A DNA stretch of 64,000 nucleotides from Verrucomicrobiota bacterium (lineage in GTDB: Bacteria > Verrucomicrobiota > Lentisphaeria > Lentisphaerales > Lentisphaeraceae): the NCBI GenBank assembly GCA_039798785.1, contig JBDKFG010000020.1, positions 1 through 64,000 of the forward strand, written 5' to 3'. This document shows positions 1-8,230 of the stretch, piece after piece. The notes beneath the pieces were generated by a model. That model did no database searches, was not told the origin of the DNA, and was given only the letters and a program-made list of their open reading frames with translations. The translations under genes and the position numbers were made by a program. The first letter of the stretch is position 1, and each line of letters begins with the position of its first letter.

Positions 1-219
1 TTCGCCTTCGGCGAGGAGGAGCAGATGCCAGTGGGTGTGCAGGACGTTGATGGCGAAGAGCGTGAAGCCGCTGGCGCGGAAGCGGGCGATGAGGAAGAGT
101 AGGATGAAGCTCCGCTCCTCGTCGGTCCAGCGCAGTCCGTTGGCGGCATTTGACCACAGGTGGACTACGCCTGGGCGTTCACGGCTAAAGTGCTCGGTGT
201 GGATTTTTTGATCTGACAT
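1..219 (-). CDS. HUH-family Y1 transposase (REP-associated tyrosine transposase/IS200-like), N-terminal part, runs off window
   Basis: Manual translation from ATG at 219 (GAGG upstream): MSDQKIHTEHFSRERPGVVHLWSNAANGLRWTDEERSFILLFLIARFRASGFTLFAINVLHTHWHLLLLAEGE. The pattern H-x-x-S ... FAINVL-x-x-HWHLLL matches the RAYT/Y1_Tnp 'yaycLMpNHvHll' HUH motif. Not in the ORF track. Confidence 0.7.
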   Translation of the reverse strand, partial: MSDQKIHTEHFSRERPGVVHLWSNAANGLRWTDEERSFILLFLIARFRASGFTLFAINVLHTHWHLLLLAEGE

Positions 220-405
220 GATGAGCCTCGGACCTTTCTTGTCATTGGCTAGTAGATAGGCTTATTGGTGGCTATTCAATAGATGCTTTTGAAATTATAT
301 CAGCTTTTCAATACTTGTGCTCTTGGTCAATGGTCGGAGGCCGACGCTGATCTCAATGTCGCTTACCTGGTAGCGTGCCAGCCCTCTGGCGTCCTGGACT
401 TCGCC

Positions 406-455
406 CTTTTACGCTTTCAATTTTCCAAGCTTTCAACTGTGGAATCTCGGCTTAA
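406..455. repeat. Degenerate right end of the family-A repeat element
   Basis: ctttcaat-tttccaag-ctttcaac-tgtggaatctcgg resembles ctttgaac-cttccaac-ctttcaac-tgcggtttttagg at 28465-28501. Confidence 0.5.
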
Positions 456-480
456 GCTTCACCCAACCCCGGAGGCACTC

Positions 481-753
481 ATGTCACAAGCTGTCGTCGA
501 TCCCGAAGAGTTGCGCCGATTCGCGGCTGAGCTGAAACGCTTCAATGCCGATCTGCAATCGCGTATGGTCAGTTTGAAATCCCGTTTCCAGCAGCTTGGC
601 GAAAGCTGGCAGGACCAGGAGCAGTTGAAGTATGCCCAGGATTTCGAGGCGGCTTCGAAAAGCCTCAAGACTTTCATGGAACAGACCGAGCGCCATGTTC
701 CCTTGCTGCTGCGCAAGGCTGAGCGCATCGATGAATACCTGAACCAACGCTGA
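481..753 (+). CDS. WXG100/ESAT-6-like protein
   Basis: 90 aa from ATG 481 (GGAGG RBS). 'VVDPEELRRFA' N-terminus, central 'LGESWQD' W-x-D turn, helical hairpin. Confidence 0.85.
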   Translation: MSQAVVDPEELRRFAAELKRFNADLQSRMVSLKSRFQQLGESWQDQEQLKYAQDFEAASKSLKTFMEQTERHVPLLLRKAERIDEYLNQR

Positions 754-760
754 GGCAGCC

Positions 761-1231
761 ATGGCCGAGAATGCCCGCGTCACCGACATCGACGCTCTCG
801 ATAACTTCGCCGCCGATCTGAAAATCATCGCGGAGGATCTGGCCGAGACTGCCGATTTCTCCCGTCAGAACCTGGAAGATCTCTACCGCCGGGCCGAACG
901 CCAGATGCACGTCTGGCGTCGCGAGGAGGATGAGCTCCACGATGACATCGCAGCTGCCGCCGCGGAGCTGGCCGCCTGCGGCCCGGTGCAGACTGCCCGT
1001 GTCATCCCCCAGTCGAAACTCCGGCTGGCAAAGAAACGTCTTGAGGAAATCGAGCTTAAAACCCGCGCCCTGCGCAGCTTGATGGCGAGCTGGGACGAAG
1101 AGACCCGACGTCCGATGTCGGCGCTGCTCCGTCTCCATTCCGTCGCCACTGACGATCTTGACCGTGCACGGCAGCAGCTCCGCAACGCCGCCATCACCTT
1201 GCGCCGCTACTCTGAAGGAGGTCCTTCGTGA
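761..1231 (+). CDS. Coiled-coil protein of the WXG100-associated cluster
   Basis: 156 aa, all-helical, RBS GAGG, 7 nt downstream of the WXG100 gene. Confidence 0.7.
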   Translation: MAENARVTDIDALDNFAADLKIIAEDLAETADFSRQNLEDLYRRAERQMHVWRREEDELHDDIAAAAAELAACGPVQTARVIPQSKLRLAKKRLEEIELKTRALRSLMASWDEETRRPMSALLRLHSVATDDLDRARQQLRNAAITLRRYSEGGPS

Positions 1232-1455
1232 ATCCGATTTCCGCCAAGGCCCGCCTCAACGAGGATGAAGGCAAGTTGATGGCCCGCTGGGGCACCTGTC
1301 GGGATGCCTGGCGCGATGCCCGCGCCGAAGTCTTTGAGCAGAAGGTCATCCAGGATCTGCGCCGCGAACTGCGGCTCGCCCAGGAGGCTCTTGATGAAAT
1401 CGTCGCTCTGCAAAATAAGCTCGAAGCGCTCCTCGAAGACGGCAAAGGGGACTGA
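1228..1455 (+). CDS. Small WXG100-like helical protein
   Basis: GTGA overlap with the upstream stop, GGAGG RBS, 'W-GTCRDA-WRD' motif in a 75-aa helical hairpin. Confidence 0.65.
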   Translation: MNPISAKARLNEDEGKLMARWGTCRDAWRDARAEVFEQKVIQDLRRELRLAQEALDEIVALQNKLEALLEDGKGD

Positions 1456-1459
1456 GAAG

Positions 1460-1606
1460 AGGTTGAAAGGTTGAAAGGCGAGCAGCCGAGTAGCTGAGCA
1501 ATCTGACGCAGTGACATCGGACCCAGTGACTCCGTTTTCCGCTCAACCTTTCAACCTTCCAACCTAACCTTTCAACCTTCCAACCTTCCAACCTAACCTT
1601 TCAACC
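1460..1606. repeat. Inverted octamer arrays (AGGTTGAA)n ... (TYCAACCT)n around a ~65-nt spacer
   Basis: aggttgaaaggttgaaagg at 1460-1478; complementary tcaacctt/ccaacctt array at 1543-1606. Confidence 0.9.
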
Positions 1607-1618
1607 CAAGTCCTGAAT

Positions 1619-2683
1619 TTGCCCCGTCCGCAACAGATCGGCCCCTTTGAAATCCTCGGCAAACCGCTCGGCTCCGGCGGGATGGCGACGGTTTTCCGCG
1701 TCCGCTCTCCCGATGGCCGCATCCACGCTCTCAAGCGCCTGCACGAGCACCTCGGGCGCGACCGCCAGGCAGTTGACCGTTTCAAGCAGGAGTTCAACAT
1801 CGGCTGCCAGATGAAGGCGCATCCGGCATTCGTGAAAATGGAAGCCTGTGAAAAGTTCGACGGCTCCTGGTGCATCGTGATGGAATTCGTCGACGGAATC
1901 ACTCTGCACGATGTGCTCGCCCGCCGCCTCCTCAATCCCGCTCAGGCCCTGGCGCTGTGCTCGTCCCTTGCCGAAGATCTGAAGCCTTTTCACGCGGCGC
2001 GATTCGTCCACCGCGATTTGAAACCGGAAAACCTCATGATTCTGCCCGACGGCAAGGTCAAGATCATGGACTACGGCGTCGCCCGCGAAGACGGCAACCG
2101 CTTCACCCAGACCGGGACCACCGTCGGCACACCCCTTTTTATGGCACCCGAGCAGCTTCTTGGCTCAAAAAGTGTCGATGGCCGCGCCGACATCTATTCC
2201 GTCGGACTGATTCTTTATCGCTGCCTGGCCAAACGCGATGCGCACGGTATGAATGCCCAGACGCCCTACATGGAATTGGTGAAAGCGCGCCAGACGCGCG
2301 ACCTCAAGGACTTCCCCGGCCTCAAGGATGAGGCACTGCTGGCCTTGGTGCGCCGTTGCCTGGCCGCCGAGCCGGGACAACGCTTTGCCACGAGCAACGA
2401 GCTCGCCCTCGCGGCACGCCGTCACCCCGAGCATCCCCAACACGCCGCCGAGTGTCTGCGGCAGATGCTGCAGGAGACGCCGGAAAAGCCTCGTGCCACG
2501 CGCAAGAAGGAGGCTCCTGCAGCCAAGACCGAAATCGCTCCGGGGAGCCTTCCTCCTGGAGCCTCTTCGCCTTTGCCGATGTTCTGGCTGCTTGCCGCTC
2601 TTGCCTTCGCCGCGCTCATCGTCTTCTGCCTGATCTGCGGCGGACCGATGGAGGCGATTCAATCTCTTCGTGATCTCTTCTAA
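1619..2683 (+). CDS. Hanks-type Ser/Thr protein kinase with C-terminal transmembrane helix
   Basis: GSGGMA, ALK, HRDLKPEN, DYG and APE motifs; hydrophobic C-terminal segment. TTG start is uncertain. Confidence 0.9.
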   Translation: MPRPQQIGPFEILGKPLGSGGMATVFRVRSPDGRIHALKRLHEHLGRDRQAVDRFKQEFNIGCQMKAHPAFVKMEACEKFDGSWCIVMEFVDGITLHDVLARRLLNPAQALALCSSLAEDLKPFHAARFVHRDLKPENLMILPDGKVKIMDYGVAREDGNRFTQTGTTVGTPLFMAPEQLLGSKSVDGRADIYSVGLILYRCLAKRDAHGMNAQTPYMELVKARQTRDLKDFPGLKDEALLALVRRCLAAEPGQRFATSNELALAARRHPEHPQHAAECLRQMLQETPEKPRATRKKEAPAAKTEIAPGSLPPGASSPLPMFWLLAALAFAALIVFCLICGGPMEAIQSLRDLF

Positions 2684-2756
2684 AATCCCTTATAAAATGA
2701 ACTCCAGCACAGCATTAAGACTCAGTGCCCGAGACTCAGCGGACTCAGGCTCCACA

Positions 2757-2796
2757 TCAACCTTTCAACCTTTCAACCTTTCAACCTTTCAACCTT
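2757..2796. repeat. Perfect tandem repeat (TCAACCTT)x5
   Basis: Direct reading; ends 15 nt before the peptidase ATG. Confidence 0.95.
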
Positions 2797-2811
2797 TAAA
2801 CTGAGGCACTC

Positions 2812-4338
2812 ATGATTTCCAGTTTTCTCGCCAGTCTCTTTCTCTTCGCCGAAGCTCCGGCCAAGGAAGCGCCGAAAAGCCCCGAACCCGCCATCGTCTT
2901 CGAAGCGAAGGACGGCAAGGCTCTCGAGGGCTGGGACATGACGGAGCGTCCGCCTGTCGTCACTCAGCACAAGATCGCCCTGGGAGGGCAGGAGATCGCC
3001 TATACCGCTACCGCCGGGCGCCTGCCGATCAAGGACCACCTCGGCAACATCGAAGCCCAGATGTTCTATGTCGCTTACACCCGCCCCGGATTCGAGCCCG
3101 GCAAGCGCCCGATCACCTTCGCTTTCAACGGCGGACCTGGCGCGTCGACGGTCTGGCTGCACCTCGGCGGCCTCGGGCCGCGGAAGGCGCAATTCACTCC
3201 GGAAGGCTGGCGTCCCGCCGCTCCTTACCGCATTGTTGACAACCCTGATTGCGCCCTGGCCGAGACTGACATCGTCCTGGTCGACGCCATCGGCTCGGGT
3301 TGGAGCCGTCCGGCGACAGCTGAGAAAGGAAGGAAATTCTGGAATCTGCGCGGCGACATCGCCGCTTTCGGCAGCTTCATCACCACCTATCTGACTCGGA
3401 ACCAGCGTTGGAGCTCACCGCTCTTCCTTTTCGGGGAGAGCTACGGCAGCACCCGCGCCGCCGGACTTAGCAGCCACCTCAGCGACCGCGGGCTCACCTT
3501 CAACGGCCTGATCCTGATGGGACCAGTCCTCGATCTGGCCAGCGTCAATCCGGAGGGCACCAACGACGCACCCTTCCCCGGCAGCATTCCCAGCTATCAT
3601 GCCGTCGCCGCCTATCACAAGAAGCTGGCGCCGGAACTGCTCAAGGATGCCGCCTCCAGTCGCGCCGAAGTGGAGAAATGGGTGGTCCAGAGCTACATCC
3701 CGGGCCTGGCAAAAGGCGATCTGATGACGCCCGAGGAACGAAAGAAGTTGATCCGCGAACTGGCTCGCTACATCGGCCTGAGCGAGGAGCTGATCGATCG
3801 CGAGAACCTGCGGATCAGCACTCATGTCTTCACCTCGCACCTGCTTGCCCAGGAGCGCCTCCTGGTCGGGCGCTTCGACGGGCGTTATCAAGGTCCCGAT
3901 CCGCGCGGCGAGCGCGAAAGCGGCAGCGATCCGAGCTTCACCGCGGTGGTGCCGGTTTTCGCCTCCTGCCTCAACGACTACATGCAGCGCGAGCTGAAGT
4001 TCCACACTGAAATGCCCTACGCCCTTTTCGCTCACGAATCCGGCTCCTTCGGCTGGGATTGGGGGGGCACAGGCTTCGCCGAAACCGCCAGCGAGCTCCG
4101 CTCCGCACTGGTGCGCAATCCGCACCTCAAGGTGCTGGTGATGGAGGGGCACTACGACCTAGCCACCCCCTACTTCGCCGCCGAAACCACCCTGCAGCGT
4201 CTCAACCTCAATCCACAACAACGGCAGCGCATCCACAGCCGTCGTTACGAGTCCGGCCACATGCTCTACCTGCATCAGCCATCCCTCGAAAAGATGAACC
4301 GAGATTACCTAGAATTCCTCAAGCTTGCCGTTCCTTGA
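2812..4338 (+). CDS. Serine carboxypeptidase, family S10, secreted
   Basis: Signal peptide; NGGPGAS, GESYG (catalytic Ser), GHM (catalytic His). Confidence 0.92.
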   Translation: MISSFLASLFLFAEAPAKEAPKSPEPAIVFEAKDGKALEGWDMTERPPVVTQHKIALGGQEIAYTATAGRLPIKDHLGNIEAQMFYVAYTRPGFEPGKRPITFAFNGGPGASTVWLHLGGLGPRKAQFTPEGWRPAAPYRIVDNPDCALAETDIVLVDAIGSGWSRPATAEKGRKFWNLRGDIAAFGSFITTYLTRNQRWSSPLFLFGESYGSTRAAGLSSHLSDRGLTFNGLILMGPVLDLASVNPEGTNDAPFPGSIPSYHAVAAYHKKLAPELLKDAASSRAEVEKWVVQSYIPGLAKGDLMTPEERKKLIRELARYIGLSEELIDRENLRISTHVFTSHLLAQERLLVGRFDGRYQGPDPRGERESGSDPSFTAVVPVFASCLNDYMQRELKFHTEMPYALFAHESGSFGWDWGGTGFAETASELRSALVRNPHLKVLVMEGHYDLATPYFAAETTLQRLNLNPQQRQRIHSRRYESGHMLYLHQPSLEKMNRDYLEFLKLAVP

Positions 4339-4356
4339 CGGTTCCAGCCAATGAAT

Positions 4357-4390
4357 GAAAAAACCGGCCCCTCGCGGAGCCGGTTTTTTC
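4357..4390. terminator. Bidirectional rho-independent terminator
   Basis: gaaaaaa-ccggc...gccgg-tttttttc between convergent genes. Confidence 0.85.
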
Positions 4391-4406
4391 GCGGGCAAGT
4401 AAGGAA

Positions 4407-4625
4407 TTACTTGGTGCCGGGGATGGTGATCGACTTGGCAGCGTCGGTGGCGCTCTGGACGGCCTTGTTGGCGTCGGCCTTGGCAGCGTCGACTTTCGAC
4501 TGGTCGACGGTGGGAGCGGTCACGGTGGTGGTTTTGCCGTCGGGGGTGGTGACGGTAGCTTCTTGCTTCTGTTCGCAGGAGACGATGACAGCGACGAGGC
4601 CGAGGGCGAGGAGGATCTTTTTCAT
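4407..4625 (-). CDS. Small lipoprotein (72 aa)
   Basis: MKKILLALGLVAVIVSC lipobox-like signal followed by a Thr/Ala/Lys-rich tail. Confidence 0.8.
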   Translation of the reverse strand: MKKILLALGLVAVIVSCEQKQEATVTTPDGKTTTVTAPTVDQSKVDAAKADANKAVQSATDAAKSITIPGTK

Positions 4626-4698
4626 GTTCTTTGCTTTCCCGTTGTTGGTTTGGGGGTCCCGACAGTATACGGCAGAAAAAATCGCTATGCAAGAAAAA

Positions 4699-5439
4699 TC
4701 ACAGGATTTCTTTGAGATAATCCTGAATGGGGCAGCGTATCGGCATGAAATAGGCGTCCTGATCCATGTCACGGATGGCGGCAAGGGCTTGCCGGGCGAA
4801 GTTGCGGTTCCACTCGAGGGTGGGTTGGAAGCCGCGGGGGAAGACGGCGTTGTTGCGATTCTCCCAATAAGCGCGCGATTTGTCGCCGAGGACAGGTGAG
4901 AGTCCCCAGTGGACCCGTATCCCCTGCAGCTGCTCGGCATAGATTTCGATGAAGCGCAGGTCGAAGAAGGGCTGGGTGAAGAAGCCTCGGGCACCGGCTT
5001 CGATTTTCGCCTTGCAGGAATCGAGCTCCTGCTTGACCCCGGCGCGATAGGGGTCGAAGGCGCCGTGGATGATCATTTCCGGCCGTTCGCGGTGGATCCA
5101 GCGGATCAGCTCGATCGATTTGGTGCGGTGGATCTTGCGGAGATCCTGCGGCGGGTCGCCCTGGACCACCAGAATCTCGAGGACGCCGTTGGCATCGAGC
5201 TTGGCGAGCAGGGCCGGAACATCGGCTTCACAGAAGTCCATAGCCCGCAGGTGCGGGATGCGTTGCGGGAAGAGCTCGCGCAAGGTGCCGCAGGCGTCCC
5301 AGGAGCGGAGGGGGAAACGGAGCAGGTCGGGGATGTTGACGGTGAGGACGCCAGGGGCGACGTGGCGAGCTTCTGAGGCTTCCGCAAGGAGCGCGGCGGC
5401 GTCGCGAGGCACCAGTTCGATCGAGATTCTTGTGGGCAT
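4699..5439 (-). CDS. metF: Methylenetetrahydrofolate reductase (short form)
   Basis: SIELVP, VQGDPP and FFTQPFFD motifs. Confidence 0.85.
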   Translation of the reverse strand: MPTRISIELVPRDAAALLAEASEARHVAPGVLTVNIPDLLRFPLRSWDACGTLRELFPQRIPHLRAMDFCEADVPALLAKLDANGVLEILVVQGDPPQDLRKIHRTKSIELIRWIHRERPEMIIHGAFDPYRAGVKQELDSCKAKIEAGARGFFTQPFFDLRFIEIYAEQLQGIRVHWGLSPVLGDKSRAYWENRNNAVFPRGFQPTLEWNRNFARQALAAIRDMDQDAYFMPIRCPIQDYLKEIL

Positions 5440-5458
5440 GGATTCGTTCCAAGGTCCT

Positions 5459-5479
5459 GTTGAATTTTGAGTTTTGAAT
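5459..5479. repeat. Degenerate heptamer array (TTTGAAT-like)x3
   Basis: gttgaat-tttgagt-tttgaat immediately after the proA stop; same unit as 48384-48577. Confidence 0.6.
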
Positions 5480-5484
5480 TTCTA

Positions 5485-6726
5485 TCAACGCACTTGCCCG
5501 TTGCCGCTGACCAGGTGTTTCCAGGTGACCAGTTGCTGCAGACCGAGGGGACCGCGGGCGTGGAGGCGTCCGGTGCTGATGCCGATTTCGGCGCCCATGC
5601 CGAACTGGCCGCCATCGGTGAAGCGGGTCGAGGCGTTGACGTAGACGCAGGCTGCATCGACTTCCTGGCGGAAGCGGCTTGCGGCGGCGGAAGATTGGGT
5701 GATGATGGCTTCGGAGTGACCCGATCCGTATTGATTGATGTGTTCGATCGCGGCGGCAAGATCATCTACCACCGAGCAGGAGATCACCAGGTCGAGGAAT
5801 TCCGCGGCGAAGTCGGCTTCGACAGCTTCCTTGGCGTCGGGGTCGAAACTTCGCCAAGGGGCGTCGCCGCGGATTTCGACGCCGGCTGCACGGAGGGCGG
5901 CGGCGAGGCGTGGGACTGCGACGGCAGCGACGCTCTTTTCGACCAACAGGGTTTCTAGCGCGTTGCAGACGCTCGGGCGCTGGCATTTGCCGTTGATCAA
6001 GATTGACTCAGCCATGGCGAGATCGGCGCTGGCTTCGACGAAGAGGTGGCAGACGCCGCCGGCGTTCTTGATCACCGGGATGGTGGAGTTCTCGGCGACG
6101 AAGTGAACCAAGGCGTCACCGCCGCGGGGGATGACCAGGTCGATGTATTTGTCGAGGCGGAGCATTTCCTTGACCAGGGCGCGGTCGCCGCCGGGGAGGA
6201 ACTGGATCGCGCCCTCCGGCAGGCCCCGGCTCCGTCCGGCGGCTTCGAGGCAGCGGGCGATCGCGGCGTTGGATTCTTTCGCTTCCGAACCACCTCGCAG
6301 GATCACCGCATTGCCGGATTTCAGGCACAGCGCGGCGGCGTCGGCGCCGACGTTGGGACGGGCTTCGAAGATGATGGCGATCACTCCGACTGGCACAGTC
6401 ACCTTTTCGATCCTCAGGCCGTTGGGACGGACCCAGCTCGATTCGCTGCGGCTGACCGGATCGGGCAGAGCGGCGATTTCGACCAGGCCTTTGGCCATGT
6501 CATCAAGCCGGGCCGGAGTGAGGCGAAGGCGGTCGACCAAGGCGGCGGAGGTGCCTTTGGCCTCGGCGGCGGCGACGTCGCTGGCGTTGGCGGCGAGAAT
6601 GCTTGCAGCGTCTGTTTTGAGCGCCTCGGCCATTGCCAGAAGGATGGCGTCCTTGGCGCCGCGGTCGAGAAGGGCGAGACGACGGGCGGCGCGGCGTGCG
6701 TGGCGGCCGAGGGAGTCGAAGTCCAT
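5485..6726 (-). CDS. proA: Gamma-glutamyl phosphate reductase
   Basis: IPRGG, CNALET, VNASTRFTDGGQFGMGAEIGIST, HARGP. Start reassigned to MDFDSLG. Confidence 0.95.
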   Translation of the reverse strand: MDFDSLGRHARRAARRLALLDRGAKDAILLAMAEALKTDAASILAANASDVAAAEAKGTSAALVDRLRLTPARLDDMAKGLVEIAALPDPVSRSESSWVRPNGLRIEKVTVPVGVIAIIFEARPNVGADAAALCLKSGNAVILRGGSEAKESNAAIARCLEAAGRSRGLPEGAIQFLPGGDRALVKEMLRLDKYIDLVIPRGGDALVHFVAENSTIPVIKNAGGVCHLFVEASADLAMAESILINGKCQRPSVCNALETLLVEKSVAAVAVPRLAAALRAAGVEIRGDAPWRSFDPDAKEAVEADFAAEFLDLVISCSVVDDLAAAIEHINQYGSGHSEAIITQSSAAASRFRQEVDAACVYVNASTRFTDGGQFGMGAEIGISTGRLHARGPLGLQQLVTWKHLVSGNGQVR

Positions 6727-6978
6727 TTGTGTGTCCTTGCAGATTTTGTTGCCCACAAGCTTAGACCGGAGCGGGAGGGAGTCAATCCGAGATGACAGGG
6801 GAAGCTGGGATGGGCAAGATCGGGTTGCAGGGCTTGTCATCTCGGGCTCTCGTGCGAGAATGAGGGGCATTGACATCGACCGTCTTGGCTTTCGGGGCAA
6901 GGCGAAAGTTGAGCGCCAGCTTGGGAAACGAAGTTTTGAGGTGGGGCTGTGATATGCCCCGGCAATCTGCGAAGGGAT

Positions 6979-7332
6979 GGAATTTTTCGGCCTGTATCAC
7001 CCCAAATCAAGCTCGGATGAACCGCAGAAGACGCAGAAACGCGCGTATAGGGAGTGATCGGCAGACCGCTAATCTTTCTACTTTTGCGCTATTTGTGCCT
7101 TTTGTGCCTTTTTTGGCCATCTAGCTTTCTTCGCCTCTTCGTTCCTTCGAGTGATACAGGTCGGAATTTTTCGGCCTGTCTCACCTCTCACCCTGTCTCA
7201 CTCGAATTTCATGATCACAGCTTAGGGAGTTGGGGGACTGAGGAGGAAGGGAGTGTTTTGACTCTCTAACTCCCTGCATCTCCGCCAAGCTCAAGTCGGT
7301 GTGATGCACGTCGATACACGACGGAATTTTTT
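6979..7332. repeat. Composite family-B repeat region (two MITE-like units with CCTGTNTCRC(TCGA) termini and 9-nt internal repeats)
   Basis: cctgtatcac 6991-7000 is inverted to gtgatacagg 7151-7160; tcgagtgatacagg 7147-7160 is inverted to cctgtctcactcga 7192-7205; ggaattttt recurs at 6979, 7163 and 7323; 7192-7231 matches 36039-36078 at 37/40. Confidence 0.75.
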
Positions 7333-7428
7333 TCTCTTTCTCCGGACTTGGCGGAGGTCTCTTTGGAAATTATTAAATCACTTGTTATTAAGTGCTTATA
7401 ATTTAGTTTTCAGATCTTTTTCAAGATC

Positions 7429-7444
7429 GGGCACGGGTGATGCA
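7429..7444 (+). promoter_or_regulatory. Sigma54 -24/-12 promoter of the flg operon
   Basis: GGGCACGGGTGATGCA = GG-N10-GC, after an AT-rich stretch and ~45 nt upstream of the flgF ATG. Confidence 0.65.
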
Positions 7445-7488
7445 TGAAGGAAATCGCAAGAGAGCAAAAACTTCCCGGGGAGTCGAAG

Positions 7489-8199
7489 ATGAACATCTAC
7501 AACATGAAGAATACCATGGACGCCGAAGCGAAACGGCAGGAGGTCATCGCCCGCAACCTGGCGGCTTCGCAGCGTCCAGGCTACAAGGCCGACATTCTGG
7601 TGCAGCAGCGCTTCGACAAGATGATGCGCGGCAGCGAGGATCTTTCGCCCGCCGCCAATGCTCGCATCGACTTCACCCAAGGTCCTCTCAAGACCACCGG
7701 CCGCACCCTCGACTTCGGTCTGCAGGGTGACGGCTTCTTCGAAGTCCAGAACAGCAAAGGTGAGGCCTTCTTCACCCGCGCCGGCGATTTCCATCTCAAT
7801 TCTGACGGCAACCTGGTCACCAATGAAGGCTATTTCCTCAGCTCCAGCGAAGGCAGGCTCAGCGTCGGTCTGACCGACAAGGTGGAGGATCTACGGATCA
7901 GCTCCGATGGAGTCCTCAGTCTCGGCGGCCGGGTCCTCGGCAAGATGAAGCTGGTCGCTCCTGACGAAAGCCGGCTGGAGCGCGCCGGGGAAAGTTATTT
8001 CCGCCTGCCGCCGCGCGAAACCGCTCCCTTGGCCCGCGATTTGAAAGTGGTCGGCGGCACTCTCGAAATGAGCAATACCAGCGCCATCAGCCAGATGGTC
8101 CACATGATCGACAGCGTCCGCCAATACGAACTCGCCTCAAAATTCATCAAGAACGGCGCCGAACTCGGCCAGTCCGAACAGCGCACCTTCGGCGGCTGA
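7489..8199 (+). CDS. flgF: Flagellar basal-body rod protein FlgF
   Basis: IARNLAA..PGYK, GPLKTTGRTLD, GDGFF, TRAGDF, LEMSN; lies before flgG. Confidence 0.85.
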   Translation: MNIYNMKNTMDAEAKRQEVIARNLAASQRPGYKADILVQQRFDKMMRGSEDLSPAANARIDFTQGPLKTTGRTLDFGLQGDGFFEVQNSKGEAFFTRAGDFHLNSDGNLVTNEGYFLSSSEGRLSVGLTDKVEDLRISSDGVLSLGGRVLGKMKLVAPDESRLERAGESYFRLPPRETAPLARDLKVVGGTLEMSNTSAISQMVHMIDSVRQYELASKFIKNGAELGQSEQRTFGG

Positions 8200-8230
8200 A
8201 ACCTTTTCCCACGAACCCAGGAGACACACC

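Noticed and set aside
283..480. N-terminal extension of the 156-aa ORF 283-753
   Set aside because: A GGAGG RBS precedes ATG 481, and the extension reads through AT-rich repeat/promoter DNA.
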